A DNA stretch of 64,000 nt from an uncultured Vicinamibacteraceae bacterium (GCA_964507425.1 CAZDQD010000036.1:3848-67847); one strand, 5' to 3'. Positions 35,886 through 45,230 are shown, numbered from the stretch's first letter. The notes: generated from the letters alone by a model not told the origin. Program-made: numbers and translations.

Positions 35886-38800
35886 TCACGCTTCCGCGGT
35901 TCTTGCAGTGACTGGTTCGCCTGTTGTGATATTCGTGTCGGTGGCTGGTCTTTCTGTCAGGTCGTGACGCCCCAACATTCGACCCGTCATTCGACGAAAA
36001 TCGTCAAGAATCATGTACGAGATCGGCACAAGAAGCAGGGTGATAAAAGTGGCAAACAGTACACCAAACGCCAGTGACACAGCCATAGGTACGAGAAATG
36101 CCGCCTGCATGCTGCGTTCAAACATAATTGGCACGAGTCCAAAGAACGTTGTTAATGACGTTAGCAAGATGGGGCGAAAGCGGTTGCTTCCGGCCTGACG
36201 AACGGCAGCGAGGAGATTGTCGCGAATGCGTCGTTCCCGGTTGATAAAGTCGACCATCACAAGGCTATCGTTGACGACAACACCAGTCAGCGCCACCAGA
36301 CCGAACATCGACATTAACGTGACATCGAGTCCCATGAACATGTGCCCCCAGATTGCACCCACGAGGCCAAATGGAATCGCTCCCATAATGATGAAAGGTT
36401 GAACATACGATTTGAGTGGAATTGCAAGAAGGGCGAAGATCATAAATAACGCTAAAATAAAGCCGATTGTCAGACCTCCGACGGCGTCAGCTTGTTCGGC
36501 CTGCGCACCCTCAAAGGTGTAAAAAATACTAGGGTAGGTGGAGAGCACTTCCGGAAGAATCCGGTTTTCAAGGTCAGCGATCACTTGCTGGCCCGACGTG
36601 ATACTTGCGTCGACGGCCGCCGTGACGTTGACTGCGCGATTGCGGTTGACGCGCTTGATCGAGGCAAAGCCCCGTCCTGGTTCAACCAGCGCTACCTGGC
36701 TGAACGGGACCTCGCCACCGTCTGGCGTTCGGATACGCATACCTTCCAGGTCGCCAAGTGAACGACGGTCGTCACGCGGGTAACGCACCATAACGCGGAT
36801 ATCGTCTCGACCACGCTGAATGCGTTGTGCTTCCTCGCCGTAGAACGCCTGTCTAACTTGGCGCCCTAAATCTTGTAACGTCAGCCCGAGCTGTTCGGCG
36901 GCTGGCTTGATCCCCAGTTTCATTTCCTCTTTGCCGGCTCGAAACGAATCCGCGATCTGATACACGCCTGCATAGCCTGCAAGCTGTCGTTTGACTTCGT
37001 CGGCTGCTGCTCGTAGTCGCGTAATGTTGGGGCCTGAAAGTTGGACATTTACGTCCTCCCCTGGATTCATGATTGACATCCTGAAGTTAACCTCAACTGC
37101 TTCAGGAATTGCCGGTGTGGCGTCACGCCACATGAGGCCGAGTTGTTCACTCGTGTACGAGCGGGTTTCAGCCGGTGCGAGTTCAACCATGACTTCACCA
37201 AGGTTCGCAGAGGTTGCGCCTCGGATTCGACCCATCGGTCCTCCGCCACGTGATGCCATCGGTTGATCGCCAATTGCCGAGGACACATGTCGGACGTAAT
37301 CCATACCGGTTTCGTCCAAGAGCTGCGCTCGAAGTTCTGCGGCACCGGCTTCGAGCTTTGCGACGGCTTCACCGGTCGCTTCTACCGGTGTTCCTTGTGG
37401 CATCGTTAGGGAGGCGGACATAAAGTCGGCCTCAATCGAGGGAAAGAACCGAAAATTAGTCCATCCCCCAAGAACCATGCCAATGGTTAATATGAGTGTT
37501 GCAAACCCAACGGCCGATGTGAGGTAGCGCCATCGGACTGCCGCCTCAAGAAATGGTTCATAGAATTTTCGAATAAAAACCTTTAGTCCATTTGAGAACA
37601 GGCTTTGAAACCGACGCCATAATCCAGGTTTGCCTTGAGGTTTCATATGCGAGAGGTGAGCTGGAAGAATTCCGAGCGATTCCACGAGCGAGAAGAGTAA
37701 GCACGGGATCACGATAAGGGGGATCACGCGGAAAATTTTCCCCATCATTCCTGGAACGAACATGAGCGGCATGAATGCTGCAACCGTTGTGAGGACGGCA
37801 AAAATGACCGGTGTAGCAATTTCTTGGCCACCCTCGATCGAGCCCCGCATGCCGTCGCCGTGTCCTTCCTGGTGCCTATAGATGTTTTCTCCGACGATGA
37901 TTGCGTCGTCGACGACGATTCCTAAGACAAGAAGGAACGCGAACAGCGACATGACGTTGATGGAGACATCCCCAACAGGCATCAGGGCCATGGCTCCGAG
38001 AAAAGAAATGGGAATGCCAAGGCTGACCCAGAAAGCGAGTCGTAATTCAAGAAACAGAGCGAGAACGACAAACACAAGGATAAAACCCGTGGCGCCGTTC
38101 CGCAGCATGAGTGAAATTCGATCGTCGAGTACTTCTGATTGGTCTTGCCAAATTGTCAGCGAGATGCCTTCCGGTATTCGCGCGTTCTCGACGTAGTCGT
38201 GTACTGCGGCAGCGATTTCTAAGGCACTTTGGTCGCCTGTGCGGAACACTGAGACCATTACCGTAGGTTCAACATCGAATCGGGCGTACTGGTCTGTTTC
38301 TTCGAATCCATCAACAACGGTTGCCACATCGGCGAGTCGGAGACGGGTACCATCAGCCCGTGTCCAGACTACGAGGTTTTCGTATTCCTCACCTCGGTAT
38401 GCCTGGCCAATGGTTCGGAGTAAGATTTCACCGCTGTCGGTCCTGACTGACCCACCAGGAAGGTCCAGTGATGAACGTCGTACGGCATCAGCGACCTGGT
38501 CAAATGTCATGCCGTGGCGCCGTAAGGCCACTTCTGATACTTCGATTGAAATCTCGTAAGGAGGAGCGCTAACGATATCTACTTGTGTGATTTCAGGAAT
38601 TACGGAAAGTTCATCACGTACCTGTTCGGCGATTGTTTTGAGTGTAAAAGTGTCGACGTTGCCTGAGACTGCCAGGTCGGTGACCTGGTTTCGAGCCGTG
38701 AGTTCCTGAATGATAGGTTTTTCGGTTTCGACTGGAAACGTAGTGATCGCATCTACGTTGCTCTTTACTTCGTCGACGACTTTTCTGGGATCTGCACCAA

Positions 38801-39095
38801 GTTCGAGTTCGATCATTACGGAAGCCGAACCCTCAGAGGAGGTCGATTGCACTTCCTTGATGCCATCGAGTCCTTGGATGGCTTCCTCAATACGAACTGC
38901 GACAGCTTCCTCCACCTCTTCAGGTGCGGCACCTAAATACGGCACGGTGATGCTGATGCGGTCAAGCTCGATTTCTGGAAAGACTTCTTCAGTGACCGCC
39001 GTTGTGATCGCGAGAAATCCGCTGACAAGGATAAAGACCATCAAGAGGTTGGCAGCGACACTATTACGTGCCATCCATTCGATGATTCCCTTCAT
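35886..39095 (-). CDS. RND efflux transporter permease (AcrB/HAE-type)
   Basis: 1069 aa with a 12-TM, two-large-loop architecture. N-terminal MKGIIEWMARNSVAANLLMVFILVSG. The start overlaps the adaptor stop by 4 nt and is preceded by AGGAG. Confidence 0.95.
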   Translation of the reverse strand: MKGIIEWMARNSVAANLLMVFILVSGFLAITTAVTEEVFPEIELDRISITVPYLGAAPEEVEEAVAVRIEEAIQGLDGIKEVQSTSSEGSASVMIELELGADPRKVVDEVKSNVDAITTFPVETEKPIIQELTARNQVTDLAVSGNVDTFTLKTIAEQVRDELSVIPEITQVDIVSAPPYEISIEVSEVALRRHGMTFDQVADAVRRSSLDLPGGSVRTDSGEILLRTIGQAYRGEEYENLVVWTRADGTRLRLADVATVVDGFEETDQYARFDVEPTVMVSVFRTGDQSALEIAAAVHDYVENARIPEGISLTIWQDQSEVLDDRISLMLRNGATGFILVFVVLALFLELRLAFWVSLGIPISFLGAMALMPVGDVSINVMSLFAFLLVLGIVVDDAIIVGENIYRHQEGHGDGMRGSIEGGQEIATPVIFAVLTTVAAFMPLMFVPGMMGKIFRVIPLIVIPCLLFSLVESLGILPAHLSHMKPQGKPGLWRRFQSLFSNGLKVFIRKFYEPFLEAAVRWRYLTSAVGFATLILTIGMVLGGWTNFRFFPSIEADFMSASLTMPQGTPVEATGEAVAKLEAGAAELRAQLLDETGMDYVRHVSSAIGDQPMASRGGGPMGRIRGATSANLGEVMVELAPAETRSYTSEQLGLMWRDATPAIPEAVEVNFRMSIMNPGEDVNVQLSGPNITRLRAAADEVKRQLAGYAGVYQIADSFRAGKEEMKLGIKPAAEQLGLTLQDLGRQVRQAFYGEEAQRIQRGRDDIRVMVRYPRDDRRSLGDLEGMRIRTPDGGEVPFSQVALVEPGRGFASIKRVNRNRAVNVTAAVDASITSGQQVIADLENRILPEVLSTYPSIFYTFEGAQAEQADAVGGLTIGFILALFMIFALLAIPLKSYVQPFIIMGAIPFGLVGAIWGHMFMGLDVTLMSMFGLVALTGVVVNDSLVMVDFINRERRIRDNLLAAVRQAGSNRFRPILLTSLTTFFGLVPIMFERSMQAAFLVPMAVSLAFGVLFATFITLLLVPISYMILDDFRRMTGRMLGRHDLTERPATDTNITTGEPVTARTAEA

Positions 39096-41461
39096 GGCTG
39101 ACTCCTGTGTGAAATCGTAGACACGCTATTTTCGGTGCGTGTCGTGACAAGGTTATTAGCAATGGTTTGAGTAACGCTTTCTGCGACGGCGGCTGCGAGC
39201 TGTTCCTGTAACTCGGCTAAGTCTGTGGCTGTACCGTCCACCTTAAACGCACGAATGACTGAATTACTTGCCGTTTCTATCAGCTGTGCCGTTACCCGTA
39301 CGACGTCGCCGATTCGTTGGATCCCACCGCCAATTATTAAACTGGCTCGGGTCTCCGAGTCGACGATCGCCACCGATGACAAATTGGCTAGTTGTGCTGT
39401 CACCGCACTTGTAATGGCGTCGCCCAGATTTATGTTGGTAGTTCGATCGTTGTCGGCTGGACCATTCAGTTGCTCGAATGGTCGTATTGCGAGTGTCTGA
39501 ACGTTACTAGTTCTCGTTGTTTCGCTTTGATTGTCGAGCAGTAGGACATGCTTGTAAACGGCTTCTGCTACTTCGGATTGAACCTTGACACGATCTTCAA
39601 TCGCTCCGTCAACCTTTAGTGCGTGAAGTACGGCGCTGCTGTCGCTGTCGACTATTCGAGCTGTGACACGGACGCTTGGTCCTACGGTCTGAATGCCGCC
39701 ACTAACGACGTAACGCGCGTCAGCCTGTTCACTCGCCAGCGCAAGATTGTCCGATTCGCGAAGACGAGTAGTGATCGCGCGACCGAGAGCTGCGCCAAAC
39801 TCCATGTTGTCTGTCGTGGGATTTAAATTGGCAAACGTAAGTACCGTGATTGCGTTTTGTGGCACGAGACGTTCAGTCGCTTCTGTTGTTGCGGGAGGCA
39901 TGGGAATGGGAGTTGCAGCCACCTCGGCCACGGTTGAAGATTCGTTAGCCTCCGTAACGGCGGTGTCGACCGTTGATGCAGGCGCTTCTCTTGTGGCAGG
40001 TTCCGCCGTGTTTTGTTCTGTCGAGGCGTCTGCAGCAGGTGGGTCACTTGGCCGTATTCGAGTGTCACGGACGGACCGCTCTCTTGTGTTTTCGGCTGTG
40101 AGCGAATCAAGCCATGCGGGTCGGCTGACCGGGCTGGTTGCCTCGGCGTCCGAATTAGCGTCGGCAGTGGCGAATGAAGGGGTCTCGTCAGGGAGGATGG
40201 TGGTTGCAGGACTCGCTATAGCGGACGTATCGGTCGGTCGTGTTGGCGTGTCAACTGGACTGCTTTGAATTCTCGCCAACACGTCCGGATCGAGATCTGC
40301 GAACTGCACTTGCATGCCATCGGTTGGTGTGTCGAGGGGGGAGATGACGACAAGCTCTCCCTCGTCTAGGCCGCCACGCACAAACACGGCGTCTGTTGTC
40401 GCACGGAACACGTCGATATCTCTGAAACTTATTCGCTCATCTCGTGAAACGACCAGAACCTGTTGGCGGCCGCGCAGTGCCGCTCGTGGCACCAAAGCTA
40501 TATTTTGTGCCGTCCGTCCCTGAATTTCAGCTTCGACATACATACCGACGGCTAGCGGTGGTTGGTTGGGATTAGCGCTTGCGGCGTAAGGGTCTCTGAC
40601 CTCGGCTACGACGTGCACCATGCGACTGACGGGATCAATTTCGCTTTCGGTGCGAACGATACGTCCTTGCCATTCGTGTGTTTCACCAGCAAACGTTGCT
40701 CTCAATGTGACAGTCGGTTGGGGCTGCCTGTCGCCACCGCGGTATGACAAAGGTAGGTCAAGGTAAGCGATTTGGTCGTCCGGCAACGGTAGGCGCACTT
40801 CAGCGACGTCAACGGAATACACCGTCGCGACGGCGTCCCCAATCCGCACGAACTGACCGATATCAACATTCTTTTGCCGAATGCGACCAGCATATGGCGC
40901 AACGATGTCTGCACGTTCGAGATCACGTTCGGCTCGAGTGACGTTCGCCTCTGCGGCTGCTACTGAAGCCCGTGCGTCGTCTAGTTGTGGTTTCCGAAGT
41001 GTTAGTTCTCGAGGGTCTCCTCGACCCAGGTCGTTCCATTCGCGTTCGGCGACTTCGGCTTCCGCTTCTTCCTGGGCCAGTTGCAGACGCGCTTGTGCGA
41101 GTTGTGACCGAGCGCTGACCAGTGCCTGTTCGTAGTCAAATGGATCAATCTTTACAAGCACGTCACCAGCTTCAAAAAACCCACCTTCCGCGAATGACGG
41201 GGAGACCCACGTAATTCGTCCTGCGATTTCGGGGATAAGTTGACTTTCGGTACGCGGACGGACCGTACCCTGACTCGACACACTCATCGGTACTTCACGT
41301 AATTGGACCTCGTGTACGCGCACTCCGGGTGGCTCAAAAACAGGCGTCTGCGTTTCGACCGGTGGTCTGTTGCGAACCATTGTGAGTGCCCCGAATGCTG
41401 CTGCTGCGAGTACAACGAGGGGCAGCATGATTTGTAGTGTTCGAATAATGACGCGCTTCAT
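39092..41461 (-). CDS. RND periplasmic adaptor (MFP/HlyD family) with a roughly 400-aa C-terminal extension
   Basis: Residues 1-390: TM anchor, lipoyl/hairpin/beta-barrel pattern (GRITWVSPSFAEGGFFEAGDVLVKIDP..., coiled-coil ARLQLAQEEAEAEVAE..., IVAPYAGRI...). Residues about 391-530 are a P/T/A/S/E-rich linker. Residues about 534-640 and 653-765 are two copies of a TolB-N-like domain. Confidence 0.85.
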   Translation of the reverse strand: MKRVIIRTLQIMLPLVVLAAAAFGALTMVRNRPPVETQTPVFEPPGVRVHEVQLREVPMSVSSQGTVRPRTESQLIPEIAGRITWVSPSFAEGGFFEAGDVLVKIDPFDYEQALVSARSQLAQARLQLAQEEAEAEVAEREWNDLGRGDPRELTLRKPQLDDARASVAAAEANVTRAERDLERADIVAPYAGRIRQKNVDIGQFVRIGDAVATVYSVDVAEVRLPLPDDQIAYLDLPLSYRGGDRQPQPTVTLRATFAGETHEWQGRIVRTESEIDPVSRMVHVVAEVRDPYAASANPNQPPLAVGMYVEAEIQGRTAQNIALVPRAALRGRQQVLVVSRDERISFRDIDVFRATTDAVFVRGGLDEGELVVISPLDTPTDGMQVQFADLDPDVLARIQSSPVDTPTRPTDTSAIASPATTILPDETPSFATADANSDAEATSPVSRPAWLDSLTAENTRERSVRDTRIRPSDPPAADASTEQNTAEPATREAPASTVDTAVTEANESSTVAEVAATPIPMPPATTEATERLVPQNAITVLTFANLNPTTDNMEFGAALGRAITTRLRESDNLALASEQADARYVVSGGIQTVGPSVRVTARIVDSDSSAVLHALKVDGAIEDRVKVQSEVAEAVYKHVLLLDNQSETTRTSNVQTLAIRPFEQLNGPADNDRTTNINLGDAITSAVTAQLANLSSVAIVDSETRASLIIGGGIQRIGDVVRVTAQLIETASNSVIRAFKVDGTATDLAELQEQLAAAVAESVTQTIANNLVTTRTENSVSTISHRSQP
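39167..39505 (-). other. Protein-level domain copy 2 in the adaptor tail (TolB-N-like)
   Basis: VQTLAIRPFEQLNGPADN...LIIGGGIQRIGDVVRVTAQLIETASNSVIRAFKVDGTATDLAELQEQLAAAVAESV. Confidence 0.6.
39542..39862 (-). other. Protein-level domain copy 1 in the adaptor tail (TolB-N-like)
   Basis: NAITVLTFANLNPTTDNMEFGAALGRAI...YVVSGGIQTVGPSVRVTARIVDSDSSAVLHALKVDGAIEDRVKVQSEVAEAVYKHV. Confidence 0.6.
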
Positions 41462-41489
41462 TATGAATGTTCCGTTTCTGTATCTACGG

Positions 41490-42929
41490 CTAATTAGCCG
41501 TGTTTCTGTCTAGCAAAGAGTCAAGTTGTTCAAAGCCTCCACCCAAGGCGAGATAAAGATCGACGCGGTTATCGAGGCGTAGTCGACGTGCCGCAATTAG
41601 ATCTGATTCGGCTTGGAAGGCGGACCGCTGCGAATCAAGAACGGTGATGTACGTGTCGAGCCCCGTGTTGTATCTTTCGTCGGCAAGACGTTCGGCGGCT
41701 CGTGCCTGTGTAACGGAGTTAGTTAGATGTTCGGCACGGTCATTGAGAAATTGTTCGGCTGCAAGAGCTGTTTCGACCTCCGAGTAAGCGAGCAGAGCCG
41801 TGTTGACGTAGGTTGCAAGAATCTCGGCCACTAGTGCTTCCGCCCGACTGACTTGGGCTCTGAGGCGTCCACCTTGCCATAAGGGGGCTACGACGTTGCC
41901 GACGAGACCCCAAACACTAAAGTCACCGTTGAGAAGTGACTTCAATGCGTTTGTCGAAGTCCCTGTGTTAGCGGTGAGACTGATTGTTGGTAGAAGCTCG
42001 CGACGCGCAACCTGCAGCCGGGCTTCGGACGCAGCCACGGCGCGCTCGGCGGCGACGAGATCCGGGCGTCGAGAGACGAGGTCGGCAGGCAGTCCACCCG
42101 GAACGTTCGATGGTGTCGCAGGAAGGTTCTCAGGCGTTGGCAACGTACCATCTGCGTAACGTCCTAACAAAACGTCGAGTTGACGTCTGGACGCGTCGAG
42201 CTGTTGCCTTCGTTGGTCAAGTTGGGCTTCAGCATTGGATACGTTGAGTAATGCAAGACGAAGATCGAGCGCTGGACGTATTCCTGCCTCGAACCTGTCT
42301 CTCACTCGCTCCGACGATTCAAGGAAATTAGCGACCGTTGCCTCAGACAAGGACACTTGTTGCTGTGCCTCAGCGATAGCGAACCATGCCTTTGCAGTTT
42401 GACCTGCAATGGAGAGTTGAGCACCTCGGAGTTCAGCGGCCGAGCGTTGTAATTCAGCTAGCGCCGCTTGTTCTCCTGCTCTTAGCTTGCGCCATAGGTC
42501 GACCTCCCATGAAATATCAAATGAGCTCGACTGGTTAGTAAATACGGTGCTGAGAACACGGTCTTCTGCGCCTGGAATGGGAAAGCCCACGAAGTTTTGC
42601 TTTCTGCGGATACCGTTGTAGGACGCCTGAAGTGATGGCATGAGTGCACCACCGGCGATACGCGCATCGAACGCAACTTGTTCAAGTCGTGCTGCAGCTG
42701 CCTGGAGGTCGTAGTTCTGGTCTATGGCAGTTTCAACTGCCGAAGAGAGTCCATCATCACTGAAGTCACGCCACCAATCGATGGAGACGTTTCCATCTTC
42801 TAGTTCGTTTCCGGTCCATCCTTCTGGCACGGCCATGGCTAGTTCCGGGACTTCAACTGGTGGTGCGGTGGCACATCCAGCGACAACTCCAACGGCAACG
42901 ACAACTGATAACAGCCGGATGGTAAACAT
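41490..42929 (-). CDS. Efflux outer-membrane factor lipoprotein (NodT/OprM family)
   Basis: Lipobox VVAGC. LVSRRPDLVAAERAVAASEARLQVARRELLPTISL and the duplicated TolC-like repeat pattern. The start overlaps the TetR stop (TAATG). Confidence 0.9.
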   Translation of the reverse strand: MFTIRLLSVVVAVGVVAGCATAPPVEVPELAMAVPEGWTGNELEDGNVSIDWWRDFSDDGLSSAVETAIDQNYDLQAAAARLEQVAFDARIAGGALMPSLQASYNGIRRKQNFVGFPIPGAEDRVLSTVFTNQSSSFDISWEVDLWRKLRAGEQAALAELQRSAAELRGAQLSIAGQTAKAWFAIAEAQQQVSLSEATVANFLESSERVRDRFEAGIRPALDLRLALLNVSNAEAQLDQRRQQLDASRRQLDVLLGRYADGTLPTPENLPATPSNVPGGLPADLVSRRPDLVAAERAVAASEARLQVARRELLPTISLTANTGTSTNALKSLLNGDFSVWGLVGNVVAPLWQGGRLRAQVSRAEALVAEILATYVNTALLAYSEVETALAAEQFLNDRAEHLTNSVTQARAAERLADERYNTGLDTYITVLDSQRSAFQAESDLIAARRLRLDNRVDLYLALGGGFEQLDSLLDRNTAN

Positions 42930-43582
42930 TATGTTTTGGGATTCTCTTGAGAAGTTGGAGTAGCTGACATTCCTGCAGAAACATATGCAGAGAGCAACTC
43001 AATCACTTCTGAAGGGTCTCGGTTTAAATTTTCATCACGTTGTTTTAGGGTCTCACCCCATGACATGGTGAAAGCCATTGAACCCGTCATGAACAGCATG
43101 CGCCAGGCAAGGTCTTTCGATGGTGCGTTCGGGAGAGCCCGTTGGAATGCTGTGAAAAACCGCTGGAGAACAACGTCGAACTGCTGCATGAAGGTTTCTC
43201 GGAATTCCTGACTGGTCTCGCCGTGAACGCGCCCGAGGACACGGAAAAATGTTGTGCCTTGTGCGCCCCAATCCTTTCTCTTTGCAAATGGTGGCTCTAG
43301 AAATGCACGGACGATATCTTCGACACTCAACACTTTGTCTTCAGTCTGAGACTCGAGTCTGTCTAGTTTAGCGAGCCGAAGTTCGTTGATTGGTTCTAAA
43401 CGTCTTTCGAGCACCGCAGCAAGTAACGCTTCCTTTGAGCCAAAGTGATAGTTCACCGATGCGATGTTGGCATTTGCCTCTTTGGTGATATCCCGTAACG
43501 AGGTTCCAAGAAAGCCATGGTCGCCAAATAGCCTCTCCGCAACGTCGAGAATCCTAGTTTTAGTGTTAGCTAGTGATGACAT
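42929..43582 (-). CDS. TetR/AcrR-family transcriptional regulator
   Basis: TRILDVAERLFGDHGFLGTSLRDITKEANANIASVNYHFGSKEALL (TetR HTH). It is the first gene of the co-directional efflux cluster. Confidence 0.9.
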   Translation of the reverse strand: MSSLANTKTRILDVAERLFGDHGFLGTSLRDITKEANANIASVNYHFGSKEALLAAVLERRLEPINELRLAKLDRLESQTEDKVLSVEDIVRAFLEPPFAKRKDWGAQGTTFFRVLGRVHGETSQEFRETFMQQFDVVLQRFFTAFQRALPNAPSKDLAWRMLFMTGSMAFTMSWGETLKQRDENLNRDPSEVIELLSAYVSAGMSATPTSQENPKT

Positions 43583-43606
43583 ACTCTCACCATGAAACAG
43601 TTGTTT

Positions 43607-43624
43607 AAATCATACGTATGATTT
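43607..43624. promoter_or_regulatory. Perfect 18-bp palindrome, candidate TetR operator
   Basis: AAATCATACGTATGATTT is an exact inverted repeat (9+9). It lies 25 nt upstream of the TetR start codon, in the divergent intergenic region. Confidence 0.5.
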
Positions 43625-43724
43625 GTGCTCGAAGTAAAGCGAATAAAGGATTTTTGGAGTTTGGGCAAGGAATGCTAGTTTTTAGGAGGAGTTGTGGTGG
43701 TAACGCAAGGCTACTGAGAGGAAT

Positions 43725-45038
43725 ATGTTGACCAAAGCTGTGTCGGATATAGGTTTCTGGATACTGATTTTCTTTTCCTTTGTGCACGGGTCCGTGGCCG
43801 TGGCAAGTGATGACCTGTCGCTTCCGTTGAAGGCTGAACTGTTCGGTACAGATTTGTCGGAAAGGTTCCTAGACGATGGGCAGGTTCGGGTGCGTCGTCG
43901 TTTACCGACGGAGGCGCAACCCTACGTGACATATAACATGTCGGATACGGCCTATATGACTGGTATCTATTGTGCGACTGAAACCTGGAGATACATGTCG
44001 ACGGGAGAGCCGACGGCTGCGGTAAATGCGCGCGCAGCAGCCAACGCGCTAGTGCATCTGATTACCGTCACGGGCGTTCCTGGTTTGTTGGCACGCGCGT
44101 CCGTTTCGACGGACCAGCGGTGGTTTGATGATGGGACATGGTATGAAACCTCAGATGGCCGATACCGCTGGCGTGGGAACGTAAGTTCTGACCAGATTGA
44201 CGCAATGGTGTTTGGGCTTTTCGTTTACGGTACGCAACTTGCGAGTGCCAGTGAACGACTCCGCTTAGGTTCTGCGCTCGGTGCGGTTGTAGATGCTGTC
44301 ATCGACAATGGTTATCGCGTTATCGGCTACGACGGCCGTCCGACGCGATGGGGGCATTATGAGCTTGACTACGTCACTGATGAGGAGCCGATGAATGCCT
44401 TGCTGCTGTTGCAGATGGTGAAGGTGGCTCATGCCTTGACCGAAGCTACGCGCTACGACCGAGAATATGTGCGCCTACTGGGCGAAGGCTACGCGCGGAT
44501 AGGTGAAGGGGCTCGGCTAGACGAACCGCCGCTTGAAGCGAATCATTCTGATGACGTGTTAATTGCACTGGCGTTGTATCCACTGCTAGAGCTAGAGAAA
44601 AACGCTTCCGTAAGGGCGAGTTACCTTCGGGCGGCCTCTCGGTGGTTCCGTGGTGGGGCTTTTCCAGGCATAGACGTGGAGGCGAATCCGCTGGCCACAT
44701 TCCTGTATCAGCATTGGACAGGGGAAGACGATCAGCGTGCTGCAGCGGTTGAGACGCTCCGTGGTGTTCCGCTCGACATGAAGTGGAATGCGAATACCAT
44801 TTCGGGTTACGTGGAACGGTTTGGGTTTAGATTCGCGGCGGATCCGGTTGAGCCCCGCAGCGGCACAGGTCCGTTGCCAATCGGTCAACGTGGTCGCATC
44901 TGGAGTTTTCTCGTACAGAACCCCTACCAACCTGGAGGGGACCGGCTTACCTCTTCTCCATTTGAAACGAACGGCCTCGATTTTCTTGTCAGCTACTGGT
45001 TCGGACGAGCTCACGGCATTCTGGGTGAACTGGAATAG
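43725..45038 (+). CDS. Secreted hypothetical protein (mostly helical, possibly alpha/alpha-toroid-like)
   Basis: Signal-like N-terminus. I recognise no family motif. The ORF is long and uninterrupted, with GAGAGGAA upstream. Confidence 0.45.
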   Translation: MLTKAVSDIGFWILIFFSFVHGSVAVASDDLSLPLKAELFGTDLSERFLDDGQVRVRRRLPTEAQPYVTYNMSDTAYMTGIYCATETWRYMSTGEPTAAVNARAAANALVHLITVTGVPGLLARASVSTDQRWFDDGTWYETSDGRYRWRGNVSSDQIDAMVFGLFVYGTQLASASERLRLGSALGAVVDAVIDNGYRVIGYDGRPTRWGHYELDYVTDEEPMNALLLLQMVKVAHALTEATRYDREYVRLLGEGYARIGEGARLDEPPLEANHSDDVLIALALYPLLELEKNASVRASYLRAASRWFRGGAFPGIDVEANPLATFLYQHWTGEDDQRAAAVETLRGVPLDMKWNANTISGYVERFGFRFAADPVEPRSGTGPLPIGQRGRIWSFLVQNPYQPGGDRLTSSPFETNGLDFLVSYWFGRAHGILGELE

Positions 45039-45061
45039 ACTTTTTCGAGTAGTTCTATTTT

Positions 45062-45080
45062 GAGATTGAGTCTCAATCTC
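45062..45080. promoter_or_regulatory. 19-bp palindrome (9-1-9) between the hypothetical gene and the molybdoenzyme operon; operator or terminator stem
   Basis: GAGATTGAG-T-CTCAATCTC has exactly complementary arms. It lies 24 nt after the upstream stop and about 150 nt before the paoA-like start. Confidence 0.35.
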
Positions 45081-45230
45081 ATTGAAGCGTTGATTTTATT
45101 GGCTTTTTGGTGTGAGGAAAGGGTTGGCTTCGGGGGACAGCAGTGCTAGACTCTGGCCTTTGGGGAGCGTTTTGTACCGGCGCTAAAGGTTTCAGCGCGT
45201 TTAACCGCGTTAATTTGAGGAGGTCGTCTC

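Noticed and set aside
45081-45230. Possible Moco riboswitch or other leader RNA in front of the molybdoenzyme operon
   Set aside because: I could not recognise the conserved Moco-motif elements by eye. A covariance-model search (Rfam/Infernal) would be needed.
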